Below, one piece after another: positions 1-13,608 of a stretch of DNA of 64,000 nucleotides; the first letter of the stretch is position 1, and every line of letters begins with the position of its first letter. The DNA lies in NCBI GenBank assembly GCA_030704615.1, contig CM060733.1, positions 10,106,001 to 10,170,000 of the forward strand, in the 5' to 3' direction. Under the pieces are notes generated by a model that was given only the letters and a program-made list of their open reading frames with translations, was not told the origin of the DNA and made no database searches. This DNA comes from Takakia lepidozioides (taxonomy: Eukaryota; Plantae; Bryophyta). The translations under genes and the position numbers were made by a program.

Positions 1-717
1 ATTGATGTTCCCATTCTGACAAATTTTAGCATGAAAGTAGAAGCTGGGCAAACTGTAGCAATTGTGGGGACGGCAGGTTCTGGCAAAAGCACAGTTCTTG
101 CGCTCCTTGAACGATTCTACGAGCCCCTGAGTGGGCGAATATTGATCGATGGAAATGACCTGAAGACACTTAATCTTCGTTGTCTTCGAAGCTATATTGG
201 TCTCGTCCAACAAGATCCTGTCTTGTTTTCTTCATCAATCCGGGATAACATTATCTATGGAAGACACAATGCAACAGAGGCTGAAATTACTGAAGCATCA
301 AGAATTGCTAATGCACACCATTTTATTTGTAGTCTGCCGTATGGTTATGACACACATATCGGAATGCGTGGTTTGCAACTTAGTGCAGGCCAGCGACTTA
401 GAATTGCAATTGCTCGGGCTGTTTTGAAGAACGCGCCAATTCTTCTCCTTGATGAGCCCACAAGTGCATTGGAGCCAGAGTCCTCAAGGGTTGTTCAAGA
501 AGCTCTTGAGCAGGTGATTATGGGGAACAGAACTACTGTTGTAATTGCACATCGGCTATCGCTGCTAAGGCGCGTTGACATCGTCGCAATGTTGCATGAT
601 GGGCAGATTCTGGAGGAAGGCAGCCATGATGAGTTGATGAACAAGTGTGGGCTTTATGCTCGGCTAATGCAGCCTCAGTTCAGCAGATCTGCAGTAAGGC
701 AACTTCGACAAACTTAA
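1..717 (+). CDS. ABCB20: ABC transporter B family (P-glycoprotein, ABCB6/ABCB20-like), C-terminal nucleotide-binding domain; 5' part lies outside the window
   Basis: Frame is open from base 1 (IDVPILTNFSMKV...). Walker A GTAGSGKST, Q-loop, signature LSAGQ, Walker B LLLDE and H-loop IAHR are present. The strings RHNATEAE, ANAHHFI, GYDTHIGMRG, ESSRVVQEAL..IMGN and RLMQP are characteristic of the plant ABCB6/20 subgroup. Confidence 0.9.
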   Translation: MDVPILTNFSMKVEAGQTVAIVGTAGSGKSTVLALLERFYEPLSGRILIDGNDLKTLNLRCLRSYIGLVQQDPVLFSSSIRDNIIYGRHNATEAEITEASRIANAHHFICSLPYGYDTHIGMRGLQLSAGQRLRIAIARAVLKNAPILLLDEPTSALEPESSRVVQEALEQVIMGNRTTVVIAHRLSLLRRVDIVAMLHDGQILEEGSHDELMNKCGLYARLMQPQFSRSAVRQLRQT

Positions 718-3092
718 AAAGGTCAGGTGGTACTGTGTAGAATTATTCACACGCGCATTCCAGTCTTATTCATGAACAATAATGCTTTTGGAAATTGTAT
801 GAAAGTTTAATTGAGCTGCTAGGGTGACTGGTCCAGGCCCAGCCTGCTTATTTACTTTCAAGCATGGGTGCATGTCTGAGCTGCAAGATCACTTCTGGGG
901 CTTACTGGACCTCACCATCATTGGAACAAAGGTCTGGAACCTGTGAGGGAACACAGATGTCCATTCCATTAGAGTAGTTACTGGTGTGAATGAAGGCCTA
1001 CAAAAGACTTCCTTTCCATCTCACCAGTGTGTACAGTTTCAGTAATGTTGACTGAACATCCCTGTGGATGCAATGAAGGATTGGAAGCTCTCTTTGTGCT
1101 AATCCAATTAGTCTGACAAGAATATGTTCCTGGGACTCGTTTTTGACAGTACGTCCTGCGAATGAGCTCACCCTACAATATTGCAGGTGGCAGACTTCGA
1201 ACTTATTTTTGTGGGGGGGCGGGGGGAGGGAACACACTTTAATTACCAAGAGGAGGCCAAAGGAGCCTTCAACCTTTTTTAGTGGCAGTTTCTGAGTTTG
1301 CCCTCTCATATCTGGCTTGCTCAATTGAATATTTGATCTGTTGCATGGGAGTCTGTATTTTATCAACATGAAAAGACTACGAAGGTCCTGGCATTAATCG
1401 CAAGGTATCTTGTAGGGGCACCATTACATATGGGAAGCTCCTGTGTCAACAGGTTACCTTCTGCTCTGTATTGTGAACTGCGCCTGCACACTTGTCGAGT
1501 CAGCTACCCTTATTCGAGAATTACACACAAGCCTAATGAATTGAATCTTCCCCTTTGGAATCTCCACAGATCTCTCTCCACCAGTAGAGCTGGAGGAGTA
1601 TACATGGGCAAGGCTGTTGCATCTGCTGTATGGTCAACTGTATCAAATGATGTGGAGCTGTTGCTATTAAGTCACATGTGAAAGCACCCAGCCTCTGGGA
1701 TGGAGCAGCCAGAAGTTCCAAGATAAGCAGCACCCTACAAACAGGTTGGATGCATGTAGCTTTTCTAGCGACACCACTAACATTTGTGGAAGGATAAATC
1801 TACTTTGCTTCATGAGCAACATCCACCACTCTCCTTGCTGCAAATCAATATAAATCACCGGACTAGGTAACTGTTTTGCAAATTTGCTGAAGCTTCCACC
1901 CCACACTTGGTTAAAACAATATTTCTATTGGACAGTTCCCATTTGGGGTTGATCAATCTTTAAATGGCCGAAACAAGCTGGTGCTTTGATGTCATGGAAA
2001 AAAAAAAAATGTACACATAGAGCACTATATTGTTTGCATGAGGGAGTCCCAGATCCCATACCGCCATAAGATACGTGAGACGGTGGGCCCTTCTTCTATA
2101 CACACACACACACATATATATATATAGCGCCAGCCGTACTAATTCTCCTCAAATTCTAAAAACCAGCTCATCTGATTTGTAGCGTCCATTCCAAAAGCCA
2201 GATTTCCTACATCAGAAACCCACAGAGGGATTGGGTCTGAGCAATTGAGGAAAGAAGGTTAACAGAGATCACATGCTATATCACTATACAAAGATGTGGC
2301 ATGTACTTCACTATATACTTTTGAAAGTCTATGATGCCCATGTTTGCCTTCAACGTTCAATTCCCAGTTCACTTTCCAGAAACCACTGGTCTTCTCAGAA
2401 CCTTGGATGAAGTACTATGCAGAAATGCGCGATATACCCTTTTTATTGTCATGCCCAGTCTCAGTGACAGTAACCCACACATGCTCCGTGGAAGATGTAA
2501 AAGGTTTGAAGAGTCGACACCCTAGAGACCACTGAGTACCAGGTTCCAAGGACGTTGGTGCGCTTCAATCAGATGTCACTTTCATCCGACCTCATCCCCA
2601 GAAGTCATGCCATGGATGCAAATCTACGCAACCGCTTGAAAAATAAGGATGAGAGTTGTTGGATGAAAACGTGACATTTTCTTTCGAGGGCAGCCCGACA
2701 ATGTTCATTTAATATGATACATGTGTCATATCCAACGAATTGGCAAGTGGCATCTGCCTGTCACCAACGAACATGTACAGAAGAATATATCGTTCGTCGT
2801 ATATGTGGACGAATAGAGAGAGAGATCAACTGCAGCAGCCCTCCGTTAGCAGCCCTCCGTTCTATCTCGCGTTAAGCTTTTGTTCGCAGTCTTTGCCTGA
2901 TTACTTAGCTCCGGCAGTCTCTAAGCTTGTAGATCAAATCCTTGCTTTAGATCCAGTCTCGCTGGAGTTGTGACTTGGATCCTGAGCCCAGGTGGATGTC
3001 AGGGGCTGTGCCCCAATATGGCTTTTTCTTGTGTGATCCTCTCGCATTTTTCAAGCAAATTAGCAGATTGACGAATTTTTTCCAGACTAGTA

Positions 3093-6000
3093 ATGGCAGT
3101 CCATATTGATCTTGTGCGACCGCTTCGTTCCAGCGGGATCGGGGTAGGAAAGGGCCCAATTGTACGCGAACTTGTGGGAAGCCTTTGTGTTTGTGGGAGA
3201 GTGAAGGTGTGCACTTATGGAGGAGATTACAGGGTTCCAGTTTTACGCATCATGTGCTCGAACCCCTCGGGATCCCGGGATCGTCCTCGGAAAAACCTTA
3301 GATCAGCAAACCCCAGAACAGGAACTTCCAGATCGCTCGGAATTACTCCAAGTGATCTGAACTTGTTGAGAGCGCTACAGGAATTCATAGCATCGGCGGA
3401 TCTTCCTTCACATCAGGTGCCTTCCACGCGGGAGCTTGCTCGCAGTGGAAGGCAGGACCTTGCAAATGCCGTGAGACGACGGGGGTACAAAGCCGTGGCA
3501 CAGCTTCTGGCAAATCCTAACTATATCAACAGCAGTTTGGATCCTGTGGAGGCCAAGCCAGCTCCAGGTGAAGGAACATCGGGACAGTTGTGAGCAATCA
3601 CTTGAATTTTAATCCTCATGATTCTGGGTACTTGGATTTCTGTATGCATAATCTGCATCCACCAACAGATTTTCTCTCTTGGGCGACCTGTCCCACCAGC
3701 TTTCATTGCATTTTTGGGTCATCGTGCTGTAGTAGCGTTTGCACTAACCAGAGCCACATTTCTTCTGGTCACCTCGTCGCGATAGTAACAGGGGCTATTC
3801 ACCTGTTGAGATTCTGCACTAAACCTCCCCTTGTTGTGCAGGGGTAGAAGCCTCAGCACCGTAAAATATGTTCTTGAGGTCATTATAGTCCCGTCAGTCT
3901 GTTGCCAGCTCAGCAGTATTTCCCCAAGCATTTGTGGACACAAGCACTTGATGCAATCTGGAAAAACAAGGTGGTTGGTTTGGTAATAACTAGAGACATC
4001 AGCATGGCTCAAGACCTAACTTCTAAATGGTTGAGAAGAATGTGTTCTGAACTTCTAACTTTTCTTAATTCTGAGGTAGCATAGATTGTTAGTTGCTTCA
4101 GCGCATGAATACTTTTATCTTGCTGTGATGTGCAGGGGATGGGACTGGCTTCGCTACACAAGGGCATGATGTGGACGCAAGTGTAGATGATGCTGAAAAT
4201 CTCAGGGGCCAGACCATTGACCAAGGGACGGTTTGGAATGGCTCAGAGGTTCAACAGACAACTGATTTGGTCCCTCAATATCGGACTAATCATTTCGTAC
4301 CCCATTATGAATCTGTTGCCCAACCCAGAGCAAATGGCTCTGGTCTTCAGAAAGATCACGTCACTTCAGAAGCTCCAATTGAGCCAGCCATTTTTAACCC
4401 TAGTATTGCAAGTGATGATAACGAAAGGCCACTGTATACAAATGAGGGTGAGGAGCTGCCAGAATCTCTTCTGCAGAAAAGGGCAGCTGACTTTATCCGC
4501 ACGGGTCGGTTTAACTCATATGAAGAAGGGCATTCATCTAGACCTGAAGTTTCTCAGGTAAGAAAAGTTGTAGATGCATTGATTTCATTTTGCAGATGGG
4601 GGCATTTATAGATCCTCTTTTTTGATTGCTCTCCCAGCCCCTCCCCATCTTTCTGTTATGTCCAGAGCGGGCACAAGATCTGGGGCCAGAACACTTCTGC
4701 AAGCGGAATCAGATGAGGACATTCTCTCTCTCTCTCATGGCCACAAGGCTACGTCAAACAATGTCCCATGAGCACATTCTCTCTCACCCAGCTTATAATG
4801 TTTAGTTCTTCTCTTTGGTTTCTGTAGTTCTACTGTGTGATTGTTAAACTGAGGCCCATGGGCCCTTCAGGAATTCCCCAGACCGAATACATTTCTGTTT
4901 GTTTTCCTCACCAATGGCCATAGAGAAAAAATTTCCATTCTTCTTTACCCTGAGACCATCAGGGGATTTACGTTCACATTGCTTTTCCTTAATCTTGATT
5001 GGAACATTGTGTTTCTACGTGCTTCTGTGGCCAAAATAAATTTTTCTCCTTCTCTGTCTGAAATCTGTACTCTCTACCAGCTCAGTCTGTCCTTGTGATG
5101 TCAGGTGCCAGGGGAATTTGACAACGAGATCGCAAATGATGATAATGTGTACGATTACAAAGACTCAAGTAACGATGTGGATAATGGCAAATTCGCACCC
5201 ACTCAAGGGGCAGGTCGTGTTTCTGACTCCCGGGAAAGCTTGGCCTTGCAAAACGCTGCCATGTCGAGGAGTAATTTCTTTGACAGCCCTACAGACAAAG
5301 GCACAGCTCAGCAGTCGCGGGAGGAAGTATTGATGCACAACATCCTGGCCATGCAGCGGGAGGTTGAGAGATATTTCCATCACCCACAGCAAGACAAAAC
5401 TTCCAGGTATTCTATATACTGCAAGTTTGAGCCAAAAAGATGATCTTTTTTTGTTGGATTCCTTGAAAGAAGCATGGGCATGTCAGGAATTTCCCGCCTG
5501 TCCTTAGTGAGAGTCAGTTTGCATGAATGAATACCAATGTTAAAAATAATGCTAATTCAACTTTCCAGAAGCTTATTATGGGTGTCAGACTATATTCTAA
5601 ATCAATCATGTTCTTTTTGCCTCTCTCTAAGTTTTGGACTGTTTTCGCCTTGTAACACCTCCTTTGCATGCTCTTTTGTATCTAAGTTACAGAAATGCAC
5701 TTTATTACAGCCACTGCAAAAGTTAAATCATCAGCTATGTTATGCATGAGCTAGTCAAGGTGACACAGACTACCTTCCAAGAGAACCAGGAAATTTGACC
5801 TGGTACTAAGGAACAGGCCTGCACCTTCCACTACGGTGGGTAAGAAGGCAGCTTGCCCGAAAACAATTGGTTAGTGGTACTTGTTGCACTGAGTAAGAGT
5901 GTGCTTCTAGGGCAGAAATGTCCAGGGAGCTTGAACACGTCAAGGCACTGCTGCATGAAAAACGAATGCAAAATCTCGAATTGTCTCGTGAGCTCGAGGA

Positions 6001-7061
6001 GGCCAAGGCTCAGCTTGCACTTGTCCGGGCAAAGGTGGCTGCTGAACTGGCACAAGCAAAGCAGGTTGCCGTAGAGAAAGACTTGCGGTTACAAGTTGCA
6101 GAGCAAGCCCTACAGTCCCTGAAACGAGTAATATTCTATCTTTTCCCCTCTTCCTCCCATCCCCTCTTTGCTGTCAGCCTCTTGCCATCTGTATGTTTGC
6201 TTCTGAGCCTGCTGTGCTACTCAGGGATGCTCTTTGTGAACCCATCTTGTCATACTAGTTTTACTGATTTTGTCATACTTGCATATCCATCACACAATGA
6301 TCACAAAGTGACTCAAAGCGAGGGGTGAGGACCTGATGACACCAAAGGACTGGTTGGATTGGGCAATAAACAGTTCAAGAGTTGTGGAATCTGTAGGGGA
6401 ATTTCTGAGGAAATACAAGGAAACGAACTCCCCGCAGCTTCAAGTCATCTTGAACACTGTAACTGTCCTGACTGAGCTTCTGCCCTTTCCTATATCACTA
6501 GAAATAAATCAACTCTTCCAGTATTGCACCCTCTTCTTCCCCTTCCACTCTCCTTTTTGCTCTGGGCGAACTGGCCATAGGGTCTATGGACAGAAAGGTG
6601 GCCGTAATGCCCAATTTTATATTGCTCTGTCTCTCTGCTGAGCCACAGAAGCATGATTGATATATACACCTATACACACCTTCTTTTCTTCTGGACTCTA
6701 TTGTACTAATAGGGTGTCCTTTCTTTATTCTCCTTCTCAATTAATGTTTTAACTCTCCTTTGGAGCTGTGGGAGCTGTTGTCCAGGTTCAAGTCGATTGG
6801 TGGGGGAAAGGTAACCGGGTAGAGCTTGCTGGCAGCTTCAATGGGTGGCAACATCATCTTTTCTTGGTCCCAAATTTAGCTTCTGAAGTTCCCAAAGCTG
6901 ATGGCTCACGCGGACCCATGATGTGGGGTGTCGAACTCTGGCTGTACCCAGGTGTCTATGATGTCAAATTCATCATTGATGGAAAGTGGCAACTCGACCA
7001 CCGGCGGGAAGTGGTCTATCGGGATATGCACGAAAACAACCTTTTGCGAGTCAAAGCTTAA
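3093..7061 (+). CDS. PTST3: PROTEIN TARGETING TO STARCH 3-like (coiled coil + CBM48/AMPK-beta glycogen-binding domain), probably plastid-targeted
   Basis: Five exons with matching phases: 3093-3567, 4136-4557, 5105-5406, 5911-6127, 6786-7061. N-terminal motif EFIASADLPSHQVPSTRELARSGRQDLANAVRRRGYK (PTST3-type), coiled coil in exon 4, and C-terminal CBM48 VELAGSFNGW...LWLYPGVYDVKFIIDGKW. Confidence 0.85.
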
Positions 7062-9687
7062 TCAGTTCCCGCAACACTGAGGTTGGCTACCATAATGCTA
7101 CGTCCTAGTCCTTTGAAGTTGTTGAAGAGCTAGAAGGCTGTAAATGGAATATCTGGTAAACCTTACAGCTTTTGATGGGGGCATGGTTACCTTATCAGTG
7201 GAGAAAATTGGTTGGAATCTCAACACTAAGGCAACACTGATACATGTCTTAATAATGAGATTTTTCATGGCCTCTGTAGGTTGGATTGCTCACCTGGAAG
7301 TGAAGCTGAAGTTCTCCCTTTTGTGGAGAGGGCAAAGTGTAGCTTCCCTTTTCCTTCTGTACATTATTTGTTGTCAGTATTGATTGACTGACTGTTGCAT
7401 GGCTTGTCGTCAATACAATGGAGCAAGAGGTTGCTCTTCTCCTCATGAGTATAAGAATCTGAATAGGATCTGCCAATAACATGTTGAGTAGCACCCAAGT
7501 GTTGAAATGGGCTTGTCAATCAGACGGCTGAGATGAAGATCACTGTTATTGTCGTTGGAGATGTATGTGTCTATTGGTGTTTCTGATTTACGGTGTGGAT
7601 CATTGAAGTGCACTCACTAGGTTAGAAGGTTCCTTTGAATACACCCTGGTGTCAAATTTAGACAGACACTTGCATGCGGACCACCTATTGCAAACAAAAG
7701 TAAATGGCAACTTACAACATCTGGTGCCAACAAAAGCTGGAAGGATCACATAGATCTTGGAGCTTGGTGATATTCTCTCTTTGTAAACTCATTGTATTTG
7801 AGTGCCATTCAGGAAGGACTCACATGATGTGCACAGGGTCACACAAATTCTGGAGAGGATTATCCTGCCTAGGATTCCTATGCCTTTTCATCCTCACAAC
7901 AACTTTGGACCAAGATGGCCCTTCAGAGAGAAAAAGCCAGGAGCCACGAGCGAACGAGTCTGACCATATCTGTATCTAGGAAGAAGGCCATTTTGTTACC
8001 TGCTCTTGTATGGATTGATAAGCAAGTTCAAGATTACAAGTCCGTCCAAATATGACACATTGCTAACACATAGTTCTTGAAGTCAAGATTCAGTAAGTCA
8101 ATGTTAGTAGGTTTGTAGTTCCTGGATCAAGAAATGGTTGAATGCAGTTACAAACTTCGCCGAGTTGTAGCTATGCTCTTGAGTCTAGGTCAAAGCCTAT
8201 TCACCTTTCGAATCCTCAGGGCCCGCAAACCAAGGATTTCCTTTCTTGACGATACCCCCTACAAACTACAAACCCTAGAGGCTGACGTGCCCCAACTTAT
8301 CTGTAACATTGTGTTGTACCACGGATCTTTCCAGGTTTCCACAGATCCATGTATCCGAAGCCCTCTATACTCTATACCTACTTACTTAGATGTGTTTATA
8401 TTTACTGATTTCTTTTTCTCTTGCTACTTACATCGGCTGTCTCTCTACGCAATCACTGTCTGCTATCATCAGAACTGTTGCAAGATCTATCTATGCATCA
8501 CATTACCTACAGGGAAGTATCCCCAGCTTGTCTCGACCACGCACGTGTCGCGAACTGTTTGCTTCCCAAAACCAGGTCGGTTGCCGGCCAAAGCTTCCTC
8601 GCCTCCCTCCCTCACCTCCTCCCCTCCTTCCTCCTCACAATAATCGTGACACAGCAGCAGAGCAGTGTAGGGTGGCAGGCCCGCAAACCTGTCAGAGCAG
8701 ACCATTGCGTTGTGCTGCACGACGCGCACCCCGCCCTCCTCTCCCTTCTATTTCTTTGCTTTTCTTTCTCGGTCGCTTCTTTATTGGATCCCCCTCTCGA
8801 CAGTCAAAGTCAACAAGGCGCCGACGAGTTAATCAACAAGAATCGTTCAGGAATCGTCTGTGAGAATCACAACCCACCAGAGAGAATCTTTTGAGAATGA
8901 TTCCCAATCATGCAATCTTGGTTCTTGAAAACTGGATATTCTCTTATTTTGTTCGTCACTTGCCTATTTTTGACACTTCTTTTGTTTCTATTTTCTGCCA
9001 TGGATGTATTTTCGACCCGCCCATTAAGTTCATCCACATCTCTTATTTCTTTTCCCCCTCCCTAGGACCGGTAATTTCTTCTTTTCAATTTGTTTTGTTT
9101 TCTTTTTTCTAATTTCTTGTTTTCGTTTTTTAATTCTTGTTGGGGTTTCGTATATTTTTCTAATTTCAATATTGATATTTAAATATTTGTTTATGTATTT
9201 GGAGTTTTTGGAGTCGTCAGAATCGAGGGACAAGGGACTCACAGATAGTTACAAGTGATTATTATATTTAATATATATATATATTATTTATTTGTGTCCC
9301 AGGAAAATATTGATTAGAATGATTGGAATGGAATAGGGTGCGAGGTAAGGAGAAAGAGGGAGAAAGGGAAAGCCGCGCGCGGGCGTCCGCGCGGTTCACG
9401 CGCGGTGAGTCGCGCGGAACATCACTGCCTTTGCTGTGTCTCTCTCGCGTCTGGCTGGCTTGCTCGCTCGGGGAAGGCTGCTCGCTTCTGTCGAGTGCGG
9501 GGGCGCGCTGGAGGTGTCTTGAGTGTCTTTCTATGAAGGAGGGGAGAGCAGTCTGAAAGAAGTTTTGGAAAATTTGTTTTCTTCTGTTTCTTGGCGGGAT
9601 TTTGGCCGTTGCATCACCACTTTCTTGCTCTCGAAATTTTTTCTCTCAAGTCTCTGGAGATTTTGGAAGACAGGCAAGCTGGGGCGC

Positions 9688-12600
9688 ATGGCGAGTCCGG
9701 AGGCCACCATTGCCTCGGCAGAAGCTTTCGGAAGCCCGGACGGCGTCCTTCAAGACCTTACCGGCCCTCTCCAAGGCTGGAAAAAGAAGGTCTCAAGCTT
9801 TGCAAACCCTTCTCAACTGTCGGCATTCGACCTGGCCTTGTCAATTGTGCTATGTGTCTTCCTTATTTTATCTTCCTTATACGGCAATCAGTATGTTTGT
9901 AGCATGGTGCCATAGCGGTCAGTTTTCTTGTCTGAGCTCACTTTTACACAAGTCTGTCACTCTCTCTGCAGTACTTACAAATCATCCTAGGCCCGTGAAG
10001 CTTAATGCAATGCGGTCATTGGCAGTCTAGGAGTGGGAGGATTACTGCAGCTCTAACTGAAGAAAATTTGCTCGATAAAGTACAAGTTTTCTCTTTGGTA
10101 AATTTAATTTGCGGACACATTCCAGTCTTTAGTTCTATGGATTGTCCAAGCATGGAGTAAGTGTTATGGTCAGGGGCTGATCAGTTTGGAGTTTACGGGG
10201 TAATAATTATGTCGTTTGAAAACCGCAATGATCACTGTTCTCCTCACTGCCTCGTTGAATGGCTCCCTCCAGCTCAAGTTTGAAAGAGGAGCTAGGTCAG
10301 AATTATTTTGACTTTTAAGTCAGGAGAGTTAAGGACTCGTAACATGTCAAGCTTCTTGAAAAACGCATCAAAGTCAGTCTTTTTCTTTCTTGAGCGAAGA
10401 GGAAGGGTAGAAGACGCACTACTGTCGCTGGAACTTACTTTCCCTGGTACGCTCACATCAAAGAAGAAATCTAGACATCGCAAGGCTCTGCCTATGTATA
10501 GTCGCCGGAAAGAATTCAAGCCGGTGCCACTTGAGGCGTCCTTGTACTAGTAGGGTCTGAAAGTCCGGCATGAGAATTACTGCTAATTTTGTCCCTGGCA
10601 TTTGGTTCTCTTCTTCGATAAGCTTGAACGAGTTACGAAGGACTCTTTTCAGTCATCTTTATGAAGGATAAAGTGAAATCTTTTTTCTGGCCGGGCTGTT
10701 CGTTCAGTTACTCCTTGCGAAGCAGGGTGTGGTCCTCGACCTTCTTACTGCCTTAGAGCCTCTCATACATACGTGTCATACATATGCGTAATTCTGCCTT
10801 GCGGCAAAGAAAACGTTTCTTGGAACGCACGGTCTGTTACGAATCTGGTCACACCTTGTCGGAAAAGGGTGTTGGCGGGCAAAGAACTACTGGGGAGGAC
10901 AAGGGAGTGTTTCTCTGTGCAACTGCAATTGCTCTACAAAAATCTGTTGATGGCCAGGGCCTAAAACTCATGTCAAAAAGAAAAGAACATAACCTATCCT
11001 CTCTTTTCCACATCTGAAAGCAGAGCGCACTTCTTGATCTCTGAGTGCTAAGTTCTGTTTTCCTTTCGCCTTACATGCCCTCATTATGGAAGAAGGGTCA
11101 GTTCCTGGAATGCTAGAAGATATGCCCTCATGGATTTGTTGTGTCGCCAAAGGGAATGCACAATAAGATAGATCAAAGTTCGCTTTTCTTAGAAAGCATA
11201 GTGATTCTTCTTTTAGATGAATCAGGTAAGTGATTCGATTCTGGTGCAGTGGGTCTCACATAAGGCTTATAAGCATGTTGCTCTTACTGCGACTGCAAGA
11301 TATGTTTTTGGTCAAGTTATTAAAAACCTTTAGTACCCCTGCTCAATTCTTTTTCCATGCACCTGTTAATTTTTCTACCTCTGGTTATCTGTTTCTAGGT
11401 GACAATATTCGAACATTGCATGTATAATTTGGTCAATCAGATGGGAGAAGAAAGTCCTTGTCCTTTGTTTGGCCATTCACATCTCTGGAGAAGACAAAAG
11501 ACTCTTTCCCCTTGTTCTTATGGGGTTGAGTTCATGGTTGCTTGTGTCTCCTAGTTGGTCGAGCATCAACAACTATTGACCTTATAATCCATGCATAACC
11601 AGTTTGGTAGCTATGTTTTGATATCGTGCCATGATTAGTTGTTATATTTGGGGGTGTTTCTTATTTGCTTGTTGTAGTTGTTAGCGAAAATCCAAGGGTA
11701 TTTCAGGTTAGGACCCTTTCAAGACACCTTGGCTATTTGCATGGTGGTTTCAATTTTAACAGAAGCTTTTTGACCCGTAGGCCTTCACATTTTTGGCCCT
11801 AGTTGAGCTAATATCTTCTATATATCAGAGATAGAGCTCTGTGGTAAGACAGCTCACAATTGCTCTGGAGGGGTGTGTCTAGTTTCCCCAGAAAAAAGGC
11901 GGGACTCCAAAACGGAAGGATGTGAGCTATATCGCCCCTGACGGTGAAGAACTCAAATCAAAGCGTCAACTGGACAAGTATCTCAAGGCCCACCCAAAAG
12001 GTCCGACAGCTTCTGACTTCGATTGGAACTCAGGTATATTCCATGCAACACATGCACGTTTCTAGTCCTGTTCCCTTCTTGAATTTCTCATTATGTCCGC
12101 TCCTTTGTTTTCCTTCTTGTGCATTCACAGGACCTTTTTGTCTTGACCCTTTTCTTGGGTGGTAGTTATGGGGATGGTGTTCTTTGTGTGACTACAAGGT
12201 ACATATGCAGTCTTCTCGTAGATCGGGATAGTACTTCACCATAGCAGCACTAAAGTGGTGTAACCAGCCCATGTGAATATATCTTAGTTACATACTCCAT
12301 TCCATGTTTGCAAACATGTATTATAGGTGAGACTCCAAGGAGGTCTGCAAGGTTAAGTTCAAAAGGACGACTCTCAAGTGACAGCATGGAGGCAGAAGCA
12401 GAGCCAGTGACCAAGCGATCAAAGCGGTTGGTCCGGGAGAATGCCAAGGACAGTGCTTCCCCAGTTACTACAGCCAAAGGGAGGAAGACTGAAGGTAGAG
12501 GAAGTATCTTGTCTGACATGGTGATATAGCAACACATGTTAGCTTTACGGGAGAGGTAGGGACGTAGAAAAAGGAGTTGTACACAGTTGTTGACTAATGT

Positions 12601-13608
12601 GTCAAGAAGTCCAGGTGCTTATGGGTTCACTTGAATGTATATATGTTGTTTCCTGTTTGTTACATGTGATTCCTACGCTAGAACTGTGTGGAGGTTACGT
12701 GTCTTGTTGGTTTGTCTGAAGTTAGAGAGCTCGGCCATGTGGCCATAGCTGGGAACGATGAGGTAATGCACGAGGCTGATATGGGAGAAGAGACTGCAGT
12801 GCTTGACAGGGATGCAGTGATGTTGGGTGAAACCCAGCAAAGCAGAGACAATGAAGGTAATGAAGAAGCAGATGAGAAGCCAACTGATGGGAAGGATGTG
12901 GGGGATGCTGAAGATGCTGGAGACAAAAAGGGAGCAGAGGTAGCCGCTGACGATCCCAAAACAATGGATGTCGATGAGCCAGATGTCAAGCCAGTGGGGA
13001 CGAACGTGGATGTGCCAGTGGTTGAGGCTGAGGAGACCAAAGTGGTGGAGCCAGCTGCCAAGCCTGAGGACAGCACTGCGGCTGTAGTGGTGGAGTCGTC
13101 TCTCGAGCTCGAGGAGGCCAAGAAGGAGTCAAGCCTGTCCATAGAAAAGGATGTCAAAGATCCAGCCGCAAAGCCATCAGAGCCCGAAGTTGTGGTGCCA
13201 GCTATTGAGGCTTCCGCGGAGACTGATGTAGATATGCCAGCTGTTGCAGTTGAAGAACCAGTAAATCCATCAGAGCCACAGCCCATGACCGAATCGAAGT
13301 TTGAAGAAAAACCAGTTGAGGGGGCAGCGAAGGAGCAAGACAACAATCTGATCATTGAGGAACTTGTAGAGGAAGAGAAGGCCAACGGAGTAAATGTAGA
13401 CCCACATGCTGATGAGACTCCTCTGGCTTCAAAGGAAGGGGAGATCAAGACGAAAGTGCAGGTAGACCCACCCCAGCCACAAGGTATTCATGCCCTTGTA
13501 GATGGTACGGCTACATTTGGAGGTGGGGCGAAGCCACAAGAAGAGGTGCCTCCAGCACCTGGCGATGGGCCCCAATCGACCGTGGCACCTGTTGGAATAA
13601 GCACTTGA
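9688..13608 (+). CDS. MBD11: Methyl-CpG-binding domain protein, MBD10/MBD11-like, with long acidic C-terminal tail
   Basis: Exons 9688-9789, 11883-12033, 12327-12494, 12749-13608 (phases 0,1,1). The spliced product reads GWKKK|FPQKKGGTPKRKDVSYIAPDGEELKSKRQLDKYLKAHP...DFDWNSG|ETPRRSARLS, the MBD10/11 signature, followed by a Glu/Asp/Pro-rich low-complexity exon. Confidence 0.85.

Noticed and set aside
8134-8894. Several overlapping 150-170 aa ORFs and box C/D-like words between PTST3 and MBD
   Set aside because: No recognisable domain, the sequence is GC-rich and low-complexity, and there is no convincing C/D box pairing with terminal stems.
12678-13448. 256-aa Ser-rich minus-strand ORF
   Set aside because: It is the antisense shadow of the acidic MBD last exon.
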